DNA of 64,000 nucleotides from Gammaproteobacteria bacterium. Lineage in GTDB: Bacteria; Pseudomonadota; Gammaproteobacteria; UBA4575. Below are positions 39,022-51,500 of this stretch, in pieces (position 1 is the first letter of the stretch; every line of letters starts with the position of its first letter). The stretch is taken from positions 32,001 through 96,000 of the forward strand of contig CBDEUS010000002.1 of NCBI GenBank assembly GCA_965243395.1, in the 5' to 3' direction. The translations under genes were made by a program, and so were the position numbers. Below the pieces are notes generated by a model. That model had not been told where the DNA came from. It worked only from the letters and a program-made list of their open reading frames with translations, and made no database searches.

Positions 39022-41886
39022 TTATGATGCAATCTTGAAGGAGTTTATAAGCGTTATTAACTCGTCTTCATTATACGGTTTAGTAATATAAGCATTCACA
39101 CCTAATCGTTGGGCTTCTTTTCGATGTTTTGCCGTCGCTTTGGAGGTAATCATAATGATCGGTGTTAATGCCGTTTCAGTGTTCGCTCGTAAATGGTCGA
39201 TTAGCTCAAGTCCATTCATACGCGGCATTTCCAAATCAGTGAGCACGATTGACGGCACTTGTTTTCGAATTTTATCAATAGCCTCAACTCCATCTTTCGC
39301 AGTGCTGACATTGAAACCTAAATCTTGCATGAACAGTGCTAAAGATTTTCGCGTACTAATAGCATCTTCAACAATTAGTGCAGAGTATTCTAACTGCTGT
39401 GTATTTATAAAATCTTTTTGAGGTGCTTCATTGGTAGAACGTGAACTTATATTATCGAGCAATTCAACTATATCTATCACGGCAGTGACCGTGCCATCTC
39501 CTAATATTGTTGTTCCATGCAATCCTGAAATTTTAGGAATAAACTGGCTCAATGGTTTTGTCACTATATCGCGAGTATCAAATATTTCATCAATCATAAT
39601 CGCGTATTTTTTATTTGTTTCATCTCTAATAATTAAACTTATTTTATTTTCAATCGGCTTGTTATGAGAAACTTTATCAAGCATAAACTGTAAGTCATAC
39701 AGATCGTATTTTTCTTTCCCATATTGCAAAAAATATTTACCAACTTCAGAAATAATTTCGCCTGCACCCGCAAACAATATCTCGTCAACACCACGGTTTG
39801 AAATTGCTATTATGCTTTCTGCACAACGTACAATTAAAGCATGCACAGAATTAAAAGTTGTAGGTACAACAATATCTACTTTGACACCTAGCCCACTTTC
39901 ACTATCAACTATTACTGACCCTTTTAAATCCTTGATCTTATTATGTACTGCAGCTAATCCAACACCACGGCCTGATAATTGTGAAACTTTTTTCTTTGTT
40001 GAAAAGCCATGCTTAAGGATAAATTCAATAGCAAGTTCTTTAGTTAATTCGTCATTTTTGCCAAGCCAACCATTGGCGATCGCTTTCTTTTGTATGCCCA
40101 ACATATCAAGGCCTGCTCCATCATCCTTACATACAACTCGGACAAGATTACCTTCTTTTTTAAAATTAAGTTGAATCTTTCCGTTTGGCTCTTTCCCATG
40201 TTTAACTCGAAACTGACTATCCTCTATTCCGTGATCAATTGCATTTCGCAGCACATGCATTACAGGATCAACAAGTTGATGAATATATTCACTGTCAATT
40301 AGCGTCTCTTCTCCTTTAATTTCAAGATCTACTGTACGACCGGATAACTTACAGGCTTGTCTCACGGAGCGTTTTAATCTTGGTAAAATGCTTTTAACTG
40401 AAACCATACGTATACGCAGTACAGCTTCTTGATTCTCATGTAAAGTTCTAACTTGTGTAGTAGAAAGTTGCTCCAACTTTGATGCTGATTGCTCAATTTG
40501 CTTGGAAAACTCCATTGAGTCGTCCGCACCCTCCAATATTTGATTGGCAAAGGTGTGCAATTCATTAAATTGATCAATTTCAAGTGAATCAAATTTTTCA
40601 TCTTTAGAAAAAGAATCAAGTTGTGGTAAAAATCCACGCAGCTCGATCATATTCTCAAGTTCTTGAGCTAGTGCTTTGACTTTTTCATTACTTGCAGCAA
40701 GACGTCGAATAGAAGAAGTTAATTGATAAGCCAATTCCTGTATTTGCTCATTTGAAATAATGTTCTCACCTGCTCGTTTTAGCAAATCATCTACAAGATT
40801 CACAGAAATATGCAGAGTTGGTTCTACTTGTACTTCTTTATTTGATTTTTCAATTGTTTCATTGTGCGTGCTTAATGCTTCTGATTTTGAATATAAAGCC
40901 TCTTCCTTTTCAGGGTAGTCATCTATTCTGCTATCAACACCATGCAAATTAATTTTATTGACCCAATCCAGTACATTTTGTAAAACTTCTAAAGATTGTT
41001 CAGGAAAAACTCCATTACCGTTCAAAAACTCTGTCATTTCTTGCAGGCAATCGCTGGCATTAAGGATACATTGGTGAAGATCATCGGAAGGTTTTTGTTT
41101 TGATTTCAGTAATGCCGAAAAAATTCCTTCCAAATAATGTGTAAAGTTTACAATACCAGCAATATTTGCGGTATTTCCTGCACTTTTTAAAGTATGAGCT
41201 ATGCGTTCCGAAATTTCTAACTGTTTAATAAAGTTATCATTTTGCAACTCAAGAACCGAAAGACAAAGCTCTTCCGTTTGCCTGGTTAAATCTAGCATCA
41301 GACTATTAAAAATCTCATGATCAACATCTTCTGAAATGTTTAGACTTACTAAATCAGGTGTGGCTTCATGTATAAACTCGGAAGTATCTGCATTGATTCG
41401 AGATTTTTTAAAATATTTTTCTATATCATTTCTTTTTTCCTGTGTGAGCTTAACAGGAAATTCTTTTTGACTTAAAAAATCTATCATTAAGTTAATATAA
41501 TCCTTATCATCCGGCGAAATAAGGTATGTGCGGGAAATATCTGGCCAAAATAAAATAGTTGACCTCAACGAAATTATTATTGCTGGGTTAACATCAATAA
41601 TAAACTCAAAATTATCTTTTATATGCATGCAAAACATATATAAGCCATGCATACCAATCATTTGTGCAGCAGATCCTATGCGTTCCGCATGCCGGATCTG
41701 TAATTCAATTATTTCAGGCAACCGTTCTTTGCTATCAGAAAAATTATTTAAACTAACTGAGAGCTTTACCTGATCCACAAGCAAGTCTGAAACTTCATCG
41801 TATATAACATTCAGTAGTTCTTGCTCTATATGTGTAAGGTCTGACGACAAACTAGGATCATCAACATTTATGATGTTCTCATTCAT
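39022..41886 (-). CDS. ChpA/CheA-like hybrid histidine kinase (Hpt, HATPase, CheW, REC)
   Basis: AHTLKSAG Hpt, HVLRNAIDHGIE, DDGAG, GFST, SGRGVGL, CheW domain, REC DLEMPRMNG...KP. Confidence 0.92.
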   Translation of the reverse strand: MNENIINVDDPSLSSDLTHIEQELLNVIYDEVSDLLVDQVKLSVSLNNFSDSKERLPEIIELQIRHAERIGSAAQMIGMHGLYMFCMHIKDNFEFIIDVNPAIIISLRSTILFWPDISRTYLISPDDKDYINLMIDFLSQKEFPVKLTQEKRNDIEKYFKKSRINADTSEFIHEATPDLVSLNISEDVDHEIFNSLMLDLTRQTEELCLSVLELQNDNFIKQLEISERIAHTLKSAGNTANIAGIVNFTHYLEGIFSALLKSKQKPSDDLHQCILNASDCLQEMTEFLNGNGVFPEQSLEVLQNVLDWVNKINLHGVDSRIDDYPEKEEALYSKSEALSTHNETIEKSNKEVQVEPTLHISVNLVDDLLKRAGENIISNEQIQELAYQLTSSIRRLAASNEKVKALAQELENMIELRGFLPQLDSFSKDEKFDSLEIDQFNELHTFANQILEGADDSMEFSKQIEQSASKLEQLSTTQVRTLHENQEAVLRIRMVSVKSILPRLKRSVRQACKLSGRTVDLEIKGEETLIDSEYIHQLVDPVMHVLRNAIDHGIEDSQFRVKHGKEPNGKIQLNFKKEGNLVRVVCKDDGAGLDMLGIQKKAIANGWLGKNDELTKELAIEFILKHGFSTKKKVSQLSGRGVGLAAVHNKIKDLKGSVIVDSESGLGVKVDIVVPTTFNSVHALIVRCAESIIAISNRGVDEILFAGAGEIISEVGKYFLQYGKEKYDLYDLQFMLDKVSHNKPIENKISLIIRDETNKKYAIMIDEIFDTRDIVTKPLSQFIPKISGLHGTTILGDGTVTAVIDIVELLDNISSRSTNEAPQKDFINTQQLEYSALIVEDAISTRKSLALFMQDLGFNVSTAKDGVEAIDKIRKQVPSIVLTDLEMPRMNGLELIDHLRANTETALTPIIMITSKATAKHRKEAQRLGVNAYITKPYNEDELITLINSFKIAS

Positions 41887-41935
41887 TTTATGCCAACTGC
41901 CTGCTCAAAACATTCTGTTAAGATAATTGAGAGGT

Positions 41936-44230
41936 TCAAGCACTAAGAAGTTGTTTTTCTTCCCTTGCTGTTGATTTTCGACTTACAATTTTTGCAGTCG
42001 TAACCCCTTGTGGTGCTTTCTTCCTAGTTCTTATCTGTTGTTTGGCTTGTTGAATATCTTCTTCTTTGACAGGGAGTTTAAATACGCCAACAGTAGTAAG
42101 TAATAAATTCGAATAACGAACTAAGTTATTCGCCGTAGTCATCTGTTGATGCAAATGCTCATCCGTTTTACGTGTGCTCTCTACAATTTCATTTGAGTTG
42201 TCAGCTAACTGGAAAGTGGCATTTGCTTGCGCTTTTGAACTCTCGGTAATCAGATTCACCGCCTGCACAAGATCTTCAGTGGATTCTTGTGTTCGTTGCA
42301 TCGCAAATCCGGCTTGTTCAGCTAATGCGGTACCCTCTGCTACTTGTGAAATTACAGTATTCATTGCAGTAACTGTATCTTTTGTTTCTATACGAATGTT
42401 ATTTACCAGTGAATCAATTTCAGTTGTTGCTTCTCGTGCATTCTCGGCCAAACGCTGAACTTCTTCAGCAACTACAGCAAACCCTCTACCCGCTTCACCT
42501 GCGGACGCTGCGTGCATACTGGCATTTAAGGCTAGGATATGGGTTCGCTCAGCAATGCTATTAATTAAATTAACAATACCTGTTATCTCTTGAGAACGTT
42601 CGCCCAAGCGTTTTAGACGCTTTTCAGTTTCACGTATAGTATCGCGAATACTATTTATTCCCTCTATTGAACTGTTTACTGTTTGTAGTGCTGATTGAGT
42701 ATTATTCAATGCATTATCCGCGCGTTTGTTTGCATCGATTGCATCCCATGAGATTTTATTCATTGCATCAGAAGCTTTATTTAATTCATCTTTCATAGCT
42801 TCTACCTGGCGTCTTTCTTTTTCTGCTACTGCCATTACAAATTTTGCCTGACGCTGCACACGGTTAGATTCAACTACAACACGTACAGATATTTCTTTTA
42901 CATCACTTAACGCTGTAGCCGTTTCTTTAGTCAATAAATTTAGAGAATCCCCTAATGCCCCTGTAACGTCCTCAAATACTGGCGCTTTAATAGTGAAATC
43001 TTTTTTACTTAATAGTGCAACAGAACCAAGTAATGAAATTACTGATTCATTTAATTCATCATTATTTTTTTCTGTTATGGAAAGTTGAGTAACCTTTTCG
43101 TCTAACAATTTATCAAACGCAGTAGATAACTCACCTAATTCGTCATTACGATTTAAATTTGATCGTGCTCTTAAATTTCCACTATTCACCTCGTGAATAG
43201 TGTTTGCCATGGTGTTAATTGGTTTAGTTAATGTTTTTCCAAATAAATACAGCAGGAATGTAATCAGTGCCCCTATCAGTAACAGTGTAAATCCTACAAT
43301 ACCTGTAATTGCGTTCGTGGTTATTGCCTGTGAAGACTGGTTTTGAATGATGCTTAATGATGAAGATTGGCCCATCTCATCAAATAGAGGGCCTAATATG
43401 AAATCGTAAAGTTCAGTGTATTCGTTTGCATTACGTTTATTTGAAACAATATCGTTGATCACATTTATGTAACTATTACTGTAACCTTGTAAAATTGGCT
43501 TTACAGTATCATCATCAAACGTTGTATTTTGTAACCACCTGTTTAAAAACTGATGGTTAACTTTTAAAGCTTCATGGGACTCAGTTAAATCAATAGACTG
43601 TAATATATGTTTCTCGTCTGCTTTAATTTTTGCCAAAATATTGAATATATCTGGGTTTGCTATACCACTAATACCCTCCTCTATACGTGAAATTAAAAAG
43701 TTTGCTTTTTGTCTTAATCCATCCGCATCTGTAAATCCGATGATCTGATTAAACTTTAGAATATCTGAAAAAGATTCTTTATAGTCGTTAACAGTCGTAG
43801 ACGCTTGATCCACTAGGTGCAACTGGTATTCAATAGGCATCGCTACTTCATTTATGACTATCTCCTCTTCAGAGCTTGCATCAATCAGCTTACTCAATGT
43901 GCGAAGATCTTCCATGTTCAATTCTAGCAACTGAATATGTTTGGTATGCTCTTCTAAAGGAGTGTTGTTATATGTCTGCCCTGTTGATGCGGTAATACTT
44001 AATAAGAAATCTTTTTCAAAACGCCTAACTTTGAAATAATTTTTTTGTGCTTCACTTACTAGCTGACCATATTTTATAAACAAATTGGATCTATCTGTCG
44101 CTTCACGCTCGTTTTTAATTACTAGCCAGTAGGTAATTGCTACAGCAATAAATCCTATAGCAACGGCAGCGAACAATATTGCTAGCTTCTTGGTGATATT
44201 GATATCAGAAAATCTGTATAGATTAATCAT
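41936..44230 (-). CDS. Methyl-accepting chemotaxis protein, PilJ-like signalling domain
   Basis: Two TMs, HAMP (DELGEL..AF), ETEKRLKRLGERSQEI, LALNAS..A..AGEAGRGFAVVAEEVQRLAE. Confidence 0.93.
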   Translation of the reverse strand: MINLYRFSDINITKKLAILFAAVAIGFIAVAITYWLVIKNEREATDRSNLFIKYGQLVSEAQKNYFKVRRFEKDFLLSITASTGQTYNNTPLEEHTKHIQLLELNMEDLRTLSKLIDASSEEEIVINEVAMPIEYQLHLVDQASTTVNDYKESFSDILKFNQIIGFTDADGLRQKANFLISRIEEGISGIANPDIFNILAKIKADEKHILQSIDLTESHEALKVNHQFLNRWLQNTTFDDDTVKPILQGYSNSYINVINDIVSNKRNANEYTELYDFILGPLFDEMGQSSSLSIIQNQSSQAITTNAITGIVGFTLLLIGALITFLLYLFGKTLTKPINTMANTIHEVNSGNLRARSNLNRNDELGELSTAFDKLLDEKVTQLSITEKNNDELNESVISLLGSVALLSKKDFTIKAPVFEDVTGALGDSLNLLTKETATALSDVKEISVRVVVESNRVQRQAKFVMAVAEKERRQVEAMKDELNKASDAMNKISWDAIDANKRADNALNNTQSALQTVNSSIEGINSIRDTIRETEKRLKRLGERSQEITGIVNLINSIAERTHILALNASMHAASAGEAGRGFAVVAEEVQRLAENAREATTEIDSLVNNIRIETKDTVTAMNTVISQVAEGTALAEQAGFAMQRTQESTEDLVQAVNLITESSKAQANATFQLADNSNEIVESTRKTDEHLHQQMTTANNLVRYSNLLLTTVGVFKLPVKEEDIQQAKQQIRTRKKAPQGVTTAKIVSRKSTAREEKQLLSA

Positions 44231-44261
44231 ACTATTCTTCCTTATGGATATATTTCTTAAT

Positions 44262-44846
44262 TTATTTACTTTTAAACGAATTTATTAAAGCTAGAAAATC
44301 AACACATAACCATTGATTGTGATTTTTTTTATAGGCAATGCTAACGAAAGGTTTTAGTAGTTCGGGGGTTTTAATTATTTTTTCGGATTGTTCCTCTTTT
44401 TTAAACTGAATTGCTTTGGGTATTTTATTTAAAATTATACCTATTGCTTTTTCTGCACTCCCAATCATTAAAATTATATTCTGTTTAGCAGTGATTTCAG
44501 TTTTTTGATTATTTAGAATTTGGTTTAGATCTATAATCGGCAAGATATCGCCACGAACATTGCATGCACCAATTAACCATTTAGGCGCTAAAGGTATGCT
44601 GTGCACATAACTATCTTCTAAAACCTCTGACATAGCGTCTTTGTGAACAAGAAAATTTAATCCTGCAGAACTGAATGAGTAATAACGTCTAGCTAGTGAA
44701 TCGTCACTAGCCCCTTGAGGTTGCTGATATTCAGCTTCTAGTTTGGTAATTAACTCGGCATGTTTCTCTACCCAGTTTGACCGAGAACTCTTGTTTGTTA
44801 GTTCCTCAGAAGTCGTTCCAACAGCGACTGTCGTTGTATCTTCCAT
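44262..44846 (-). CDS. CheW-domain protein (PilI-like)
   Basis: IPLAPKWLIGACNVRGDILPIIDL; TAATG overlap with the upstream REC gene. Confidence 0.88.
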   Translation of the reverse strand: MEDTTTVAVGTTSEELTNKSSRSNWVEKHAELITKLEAEYQQPQGASDDSLARRYYSFSSAGLNFLVHKDAMSEVLEDSYVHSIPLAPKWLIGACNVRGDILPIIDLNQILNNQKTEITAKQNIILMIGSAEKAIGIILNKIPKAIQFKKEEQSEKIIKTPELLKPFVSIAYKKNHNQWLCVDFLALINSFKSK

Positions 44847-45208
44847 TAAATATACTTATTTATTTGCTGCACTATTTGATCAGTTGTGTATGGCTTGGAT
44901 ACCAATGCTTTACCACCTTGAAGCTCGGCCCAAACGCGATCAACTTTTTGACATTTAGCAGTTACAAAAACGACAGGGATGTTTTTTGTATTACTATCGG
45001 AAGTTATTTCGCGGCAAGCTTCAAAACCATCTTTGTTGTCCATGATGACATCCATAAAAATCATGTCTGGACGCATGCTTTTAGCTTTTTCAACTGCCTC
45101 CTCACCGGATACAGCGGTTATGACTTGATACCCTTGGCCAAGAATGATTTTTTTCAAACTTTCTAAATCAGGCTGTGAGTCATCCACTACTAGCACTTTA
45201 TTGATCAT
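44846..45208 (-). CDS. Single-domain response regulator (PilH-like)
   Basis: VLVVDDS, FMDVIM...GFEACR, IPVVFVT, D..WA..QG, KP; ATG 45208 preferred. Confidence 0.9.
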   Translation of the reverse strand: MINKVLVVDDSQPDLESLKKIILGQGYQVITAVSGEEAVEKAKSMRPDMIFMDVIMDNKDGFEACREITSDSNTKNIPVVFVTAKCQKVDRVWAELQGGKALVSKPYTTDQIVQQINKYI

Positions 45209-45339
45209 GTTATCTCGACCCAATTCATTAAACACACGTCCACAAAAAAGCTAGTACTTGTCATAAGCACTGCCAAGAACTTAAATTTATTATTGTTATT
45301 ATGCTGTGGATGTTCCCAGCAAATCACTGGTAGTTAAAC

Positions 45340-45355
45340 TGTGAAGGGATTCACA
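45340..45355. promoter_or_regulatory. CRP/Vfr-type binding site upstream of the Chp-like operon
   Basis: aaac-TGTGA-AGGGAT-TCACA-tttt, perfect match to the TGTGA-N6-TCACA consensus. Confidence 0.65.
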
Positions 45356-45496
45356 TTTTTTGTCAATGTAATAGTGTGACTATCCAGCACCATTTTTAAG
45401 TTACGTTCGCCTATAAGAACGCTTTATTAAAACTAAAACTTTGACGTATAGATTAGAATCTCGCCCGAACTAGTTGAAATATTGTTAATTTATTAT

Positions 45497-45519
45497 ATGG
45501 GGCTACGTTCTAGCCCCAT
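45497..45519 (-). terminator. Hairpin just downstream of the giant adhesin gene
   Basis: ATGGGGCTA-CGTTC-TAGCCCCAT 9-bp stem 12 nt after the stop; U-tract weak. Confidence 0.5.
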
Positions 45520-45531
45520 GTGCGTGATTCT

Positions 45532-48500
45532 TTAAAACATTTCGATTGCATTATCAACAGCCGGATCAACAAGCGACTCATCCATATCTGGATCGATTGG
45601 AGAGTTTTGTATCACTGGCTGTAAATTAATTATGTTTGATTGATTTGCATTCAAATTATTCTGCGTCATTTGTTGTTGTGATGACTGTAGTGTTTGCAGG
45701 TTACTAAAATCGAACGCACCGTCATCTTCCATTAACAACTGAACTTGTTGTGTACCACCGACAGCTAACGATGCCGACATGGCTGATCCTGCTGCTGGCG
45801 TAAACTCAACATAGTCCACCCGTGCCGGTTCACCACCACTTCGGAATGCCTCCAGGGTCAATACATCTCCTAACTGTATATCGATTCCTGAAATCGTTTC
45901 CGTTCTAAAACTTTGCGTGGTCGGACCCCCCGTTCCTGCTGTGGAGTCATACACAATCGTACCTACTTGAACTCCGTTCAATAAAACATTCAATGTACTC
46001 ACACCATCCGTTTCATCAAAAATTCCTACGGTGATGTCATTCACACCTGCAACTATTCCTGTACCACTATCAATATTTAAGTTGGCAAAGGCAGGGTTCG
46101 CTATATTGCCCGTATGTGCAATCAACTGCCCTTCATCTGCAGCAGGTCTATCCTGTATCGAGTAGCGAGTGAAACTATCAAAGTCTTCCGCTTGAATGCG
46201 TACCGGATCTTGAGGAATCGGAGCATCATCTTCTGTAACATTGCCAACACCCGTGTCGTTTCCACTGTCAATCACGGCATCCCCTGCAGTGATTCCAGTC
46301 AACATGACCGTGACCGTCTCGGTGCCGTTATCTAAGTCATCATTCGCTACATCTACATTGATGATGCCGCCAACCGCTGCAATGACTTGTGTGAGTCCTG
46401 TTGTTGTTGAACCATTAATGTCTACTGAGTATTGAACGGTTACCGGACCCGATGGCGGAGTATCAAAACTCACTGCATAACTTAATGTGGTATTCCCTAC
46501 ATCACCACTCTCTTGTACTGATCCTGCATTACCAATCGATACGACTGATGGAGGAATCGGAGCATCGTCTTCTGTAACACTACCAACACCCGTGTCGTTT
46601 CCACTGTCAATCACGGCATCCCCTGCAGTGATTCCAGTCAACATGACCGTGACCGTCTCGGTGCCATTATCTAAGTCATCATTCGCTACATCTACATTGA
46701 TGATGCCGCCAACCGCTGCAATGACTTGTGTGAGTCCTGTTGTTGTTGAACCATTAATGTCTACTGAGTATTGAACGGTTACCGGACCCGATGGCGGAGT
46801 ATCAAAACTCACTGCATAACTTAATGTGGTATTCCCTACATCACCACTCTCTTGTACTGTGCCTGCATTGGCTATGGAAATCGAAGGGGTCACTGGACCA
46901 GTAGGCGTAAACTCAACATAGTCCACCCGTGCCGGTTCACCACCACTTCGGAATGCCTCCAGGGTCAATACATCTCCTAACTGTATATCGATTCCTGAAA
47001 TCGTTTCCGTTCTAAAACTTTGCGTGGTCGGACCCCCCGTTCCTGCTGTGGAGTCATACACAATCGTACCTACTTGAACTCCGTTCAATAAAACATTCAA
47101 TGTACTCACACCATCCGTTTCATCAAAAATTCCTACGGTGATGTCATTCACACCTGCAACTATTCCTGTACCACTATCAATATTTAAGTTGGCAAAGGCA
47201 GGGTTCGCTATATTGCCCGTATGTGCAATCAACTGCCCTTCATCTGCAGCAGGTCTATCCTGTATCGAGTAGCGAGTGAAACTATCAAAGTCTTCCGCTT
47301 GAATGCGTACCGGATCTTGAGGAATCGGAGCATCATCTTCTGTAACATTGCCAACACCCGTGTCGTTTCCACTGTCAATCACGGCATCCCCTGCAGTGAT
47401 TCCAGTCAACATGACCGTGACCGTCTCGGTGCCGTTATCTAAGTCATCATTCGCTACATCTACATTGATGATGCCGCCAACCGCTGCAATGACTTGTGTG
47501 AGTCCTGTTGTTGTTGAACCATTAATGTCTACTGAGTATTGAACGGTTACCGGACCCGATGGCGGAGTATCAAAACTCACTGCATAACTTAATGTGGTAT
47601 TCCCTACATCACCACTCTCTTGTACTGATCCTGCATTACCAATCGATACGACTGATGGAGGAATCGGAGCATCGTCTTCTGTAACACTACCAACACCCGT
47701 GTCGTTTCCACTGTCAATCACGGCATCCCCTGCAGTGATTCCAGTCAACATGACCGTGACCGTCTCGGTGCCATTATCTAAGTCATCATTCGCTACATCT
47801 ACATTGATGATGCCGCCAACCGCTGCAATGACTTGTGTGAGTCCTGTTGTTGTTGAACCATTAATGTCTACTGAGTATTGAACGGTTACCGGACCCGATG
47901 GCGGAGTATCAAAACTCACTGCATAACTTAATGTGGTATTCCCTACATCACCACTCTCTTGTACTGTGCCTGCATTGGCTATGGAAACAATTGAAGGTAT
48001 GTCATCTTCTGTAACATTGCCAACACCCGTGTCGTTTCCACTGTCAATCACGGCATCCCCTGCAGTGATTCCGGTCAACATGACCGTGACCGTCTCGGTG
48101 CCATTATCTAAGTCATCATTCGCTACATCTACATTGATGATGCCGCCAACCGCTGCAATGACTTGTGTGAGTCCTGTTGTTGTTGAACCATTAATGTCTA
48201 CTGAGTATTGAACGGTTACCGGACCCGATGGCGGAGTATCAAAACTCACTGCATAACTTAATGTGGTATTCCCTACATCACCACTCTCTTGTACTGTGCC
48301 TGCATTGGCTATGGAAACAATTGAAGGTATGTCATCTTCAGTCACCATGCCTGTGCCACTGGTAGTACCCCCCAGCAGAATTCCGTTAGTAGCTGCTGTT
48401 AGGGTTACCGTTACATTTTCCGTACCATTATCAATGTCATCATTGGCCACATCGACACTAATTGAACCGTCACCAGTGAATAGTTGAGTATTGCCTGTTG

Positions 48501-51500
48501 TAATAACACCGTTATTGTCAACGGTATAAGTAACGGTAGTTGAACCAGCTAAAGCAGGGCTAAATGTAACTGGGAATAATAATGTTGTATTGCCTGCATC
48601 ACCGGTCTCTTGTAACACGCCAGCGTCTGCAATCGACACTGAAGGGGTTACTGGTCCTGCAGGAGTGAAATCAACATAGTCCACCCGTGCCGGTTCACCA
48701 CCACTTCGGAATGCCTCCAGGGTCAATACATCTCCTAACTGTATATCGATTCCTGAAATCGTTTCCGTTCTAAAACTTTGTGTGGTCGGACCCCCCGTTC
48801 CAGCTGTGGAGTTATACACAATCGTACCCACCTGGACTCCGTTCAATAAAACATTCAATGTACTCACACCATCCGTTTCATCAAAAATTCCTACGGTGAT
48901 GTCATTCAATCCCGGGGTAATTCCAGTGCCACTATCAATATTTAAGTTGGCAAAGGCAGGGTTCGCTATGTTGCCCGTATGTGCAATTAACTGTCCTCCA
49001 TCAGCATTACTATTATTTTGTGTCGAGTAACGTAAGAAACTATCAAAGTCTTCCGCTTGAATACGTACCGGATCAAAACTGATTACTTTTATTTCTGCTG
49101 GATCAGATAGCAAACTCGTCAACACACCACTTGCATTTACAACACCTGCAGAAAGGAAAAACAAATCATCAACTGTAGCAGGAACCGCACCATCGGTACT
49201 GGTATCTAGGTTAACTGTAAAAGTTGCAGTACCTGTACCATCTGCTATTTCTGAAGCAATGGTCGGCGCAGTATCAAGTTGGTTTGCATGAAAAAGATCA
49301 TCGGGTAACGTTTCCGTACCATTTCCTCCATGCTTTTCATATCCTGATGCATCAAGTAAATATAACTCAACAGTGTCGCCCGGATTTACACCACTGACTA
49401 CAACTTCATGAGTGGTCTGTAATGTTTCAACACGTCTTACACCATTAGTAAGACCTGTAACTTGCAAGGTTGGAGCAGCTGATGGTCCATTACCATCGAA
49501 TTGTGCAAATGAACTATTTAACCCTGTAATTTCTAACTGTCGTGTTTCGGTAAACTGGTTACCATTATTATCTTCAAAAGTAATCGTCGCGGTAACGCCG
49601 TGCATCTCACCTGGAGAGTAAGCACCTGCTTGGCCGGTACCACTTGCATTTTGAATAGATTGCGGATCTACATCCACACCAAATAAGAAAGTATCACCAG
49701 CGTCGAAACTATTGAAATTGAGATCCATAAACTGGTAACCACCAGGCTGCCCATTATCACCACCGAGTAGCTGATTCGAGAAAGGATAAGGCGAAGTGGT
49801 TGTGTTGCCAGGTGCGACAACTGGCACACCGTTCTGATCCAAGAACCCTGCGACATTTCCAATTCCTGGATTAATAATAATTCCTTGGCTGCCCGCATCA
49901 CCCGCTTCACCCGTTGGATCCCAAACTGCACCAAGAAATTCTCCATTTACATCAAGACCTGTTGATAAGACCGCAGAAGCAATGTCGAACTGAACATTAA
50001 TTATCTGAACACCTGGGTCAGAAGTATTAACAATTTGAATTTTATCGTTGCCAAAAGTAGTGTCACCACCACTCATGGTTATGGTGGCACCAATATTGGC
50101 GTCATCATCTGCAATATTTACGGTTGCTGTATCGGTGGTGCCGATACTGACATTGGCATCACCCGTTACATTAGTGAGCGTAACGGTTACATTCTCTAAA
50201 CCCTCAATATCAGAATCATCGATAACCGTGACATCAATAGGAGCGGAGAGAGAACCAGCAGGAATAATGACGGTACCCGTAAGTGCTGTGTAGTCAACAC
50301 CCGGAGTTGCAGCGCCTGCACTCACATCATCTACTGTGTATGTAACTACTGTATTCGTTTGTGCAATTGCGGTAAGACTTACAAGGAATTGTCCATTAAC
50401 ATCTGGCTCAGCCGCATCTCCATTGTTTGCTATGGATACTTCATTAGGTACATCATCATCACCTATATTGACAGTTGCTGTATCTGTAGCTCCGATTGAA
50501 ATGTTTGCATCACCCGTCACCCCGTTTAGTGTGACGATTACATCTTCAGAACCTTCAAGTTCTAAATCATCAATGACTTCAACATCAATTGGTGCAGTTA
50601 ATTGACCTGCTAAAATTGTTACGGTCCCTGTTAATGCAGTGTAGTCGCTTCCTGCGGTTGCAGAACTTGTAACATCAACAGTGTATGTAATGATTGTGTT
50701 TGTTGTAGCAATTTGGCTTAAGCTAACCAGGAATTGGCCGTCTACATCCGGTTCGGAAGCATCTCCATTGTTTATAATGCTTAATTCGTTAGGTACATCG
50801 TTATCTATGATGTTAACTGTAGCAGAATTATTACTTGTACCAATTACAACACTTGGATCTCCAGTTGCACTGGTAAGAGTCACAATTACATCTTCTAAAC
50901 CTTCTACTTCGAGATCATCTAAGACCAAAACATCAATGGGTGCAGAAGTTGTACCTTGTGCAATTACAACAGTTCCGCTTAAAGCAGTGTAGTCGTCTCC
51001 TCCTGTTGCTGAACCTGCAACCGTATAATTAATTGTTGTTTCAACACTTGCAGCTTCTTCTAAGCTAACGACAAATTGTCCATTGATGTTTGGTTCTTCT
51101 GCATCAGTAATGGCTAAAATTGTCGCTTCGTTTTGACCTGTTGATGTGGGTAAGACCATTACAGTAGCATCATCATCATCGCCTACAGAGTCATCGCCTG
51201 GAGTTGAATCTGGGTCGGCTAAGTCTGAAGTTAAAATCTGAGCATAGTTGTCAAAATCCAGAACTGATTGCGAGGCATCTCGAATTACAATCGCACTAAC
51301 CTTGGCGTTATCAACAGATGCATCGAACGTGATATCTAAATTATTTAAATCTCCAAAGTCACTTGGATCAAATGTCCCTGGAACATTCACTACAATCGGA
51401 ACATTTATATCCTCACCGTTTAGAGCGAGGATATCGAAGTCGGTTAAAATTTGTTGTCCCTCTATACTTACATCGAAAACGCGACCACCTGAGGGTGGAT

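Noticed and set aside
45797-48340. Possible IS or other mobile element causing the duplication
   Set aside because: The repeats are in-frame protein domains with no transposase, terminal inverted repeats or target-site duplication
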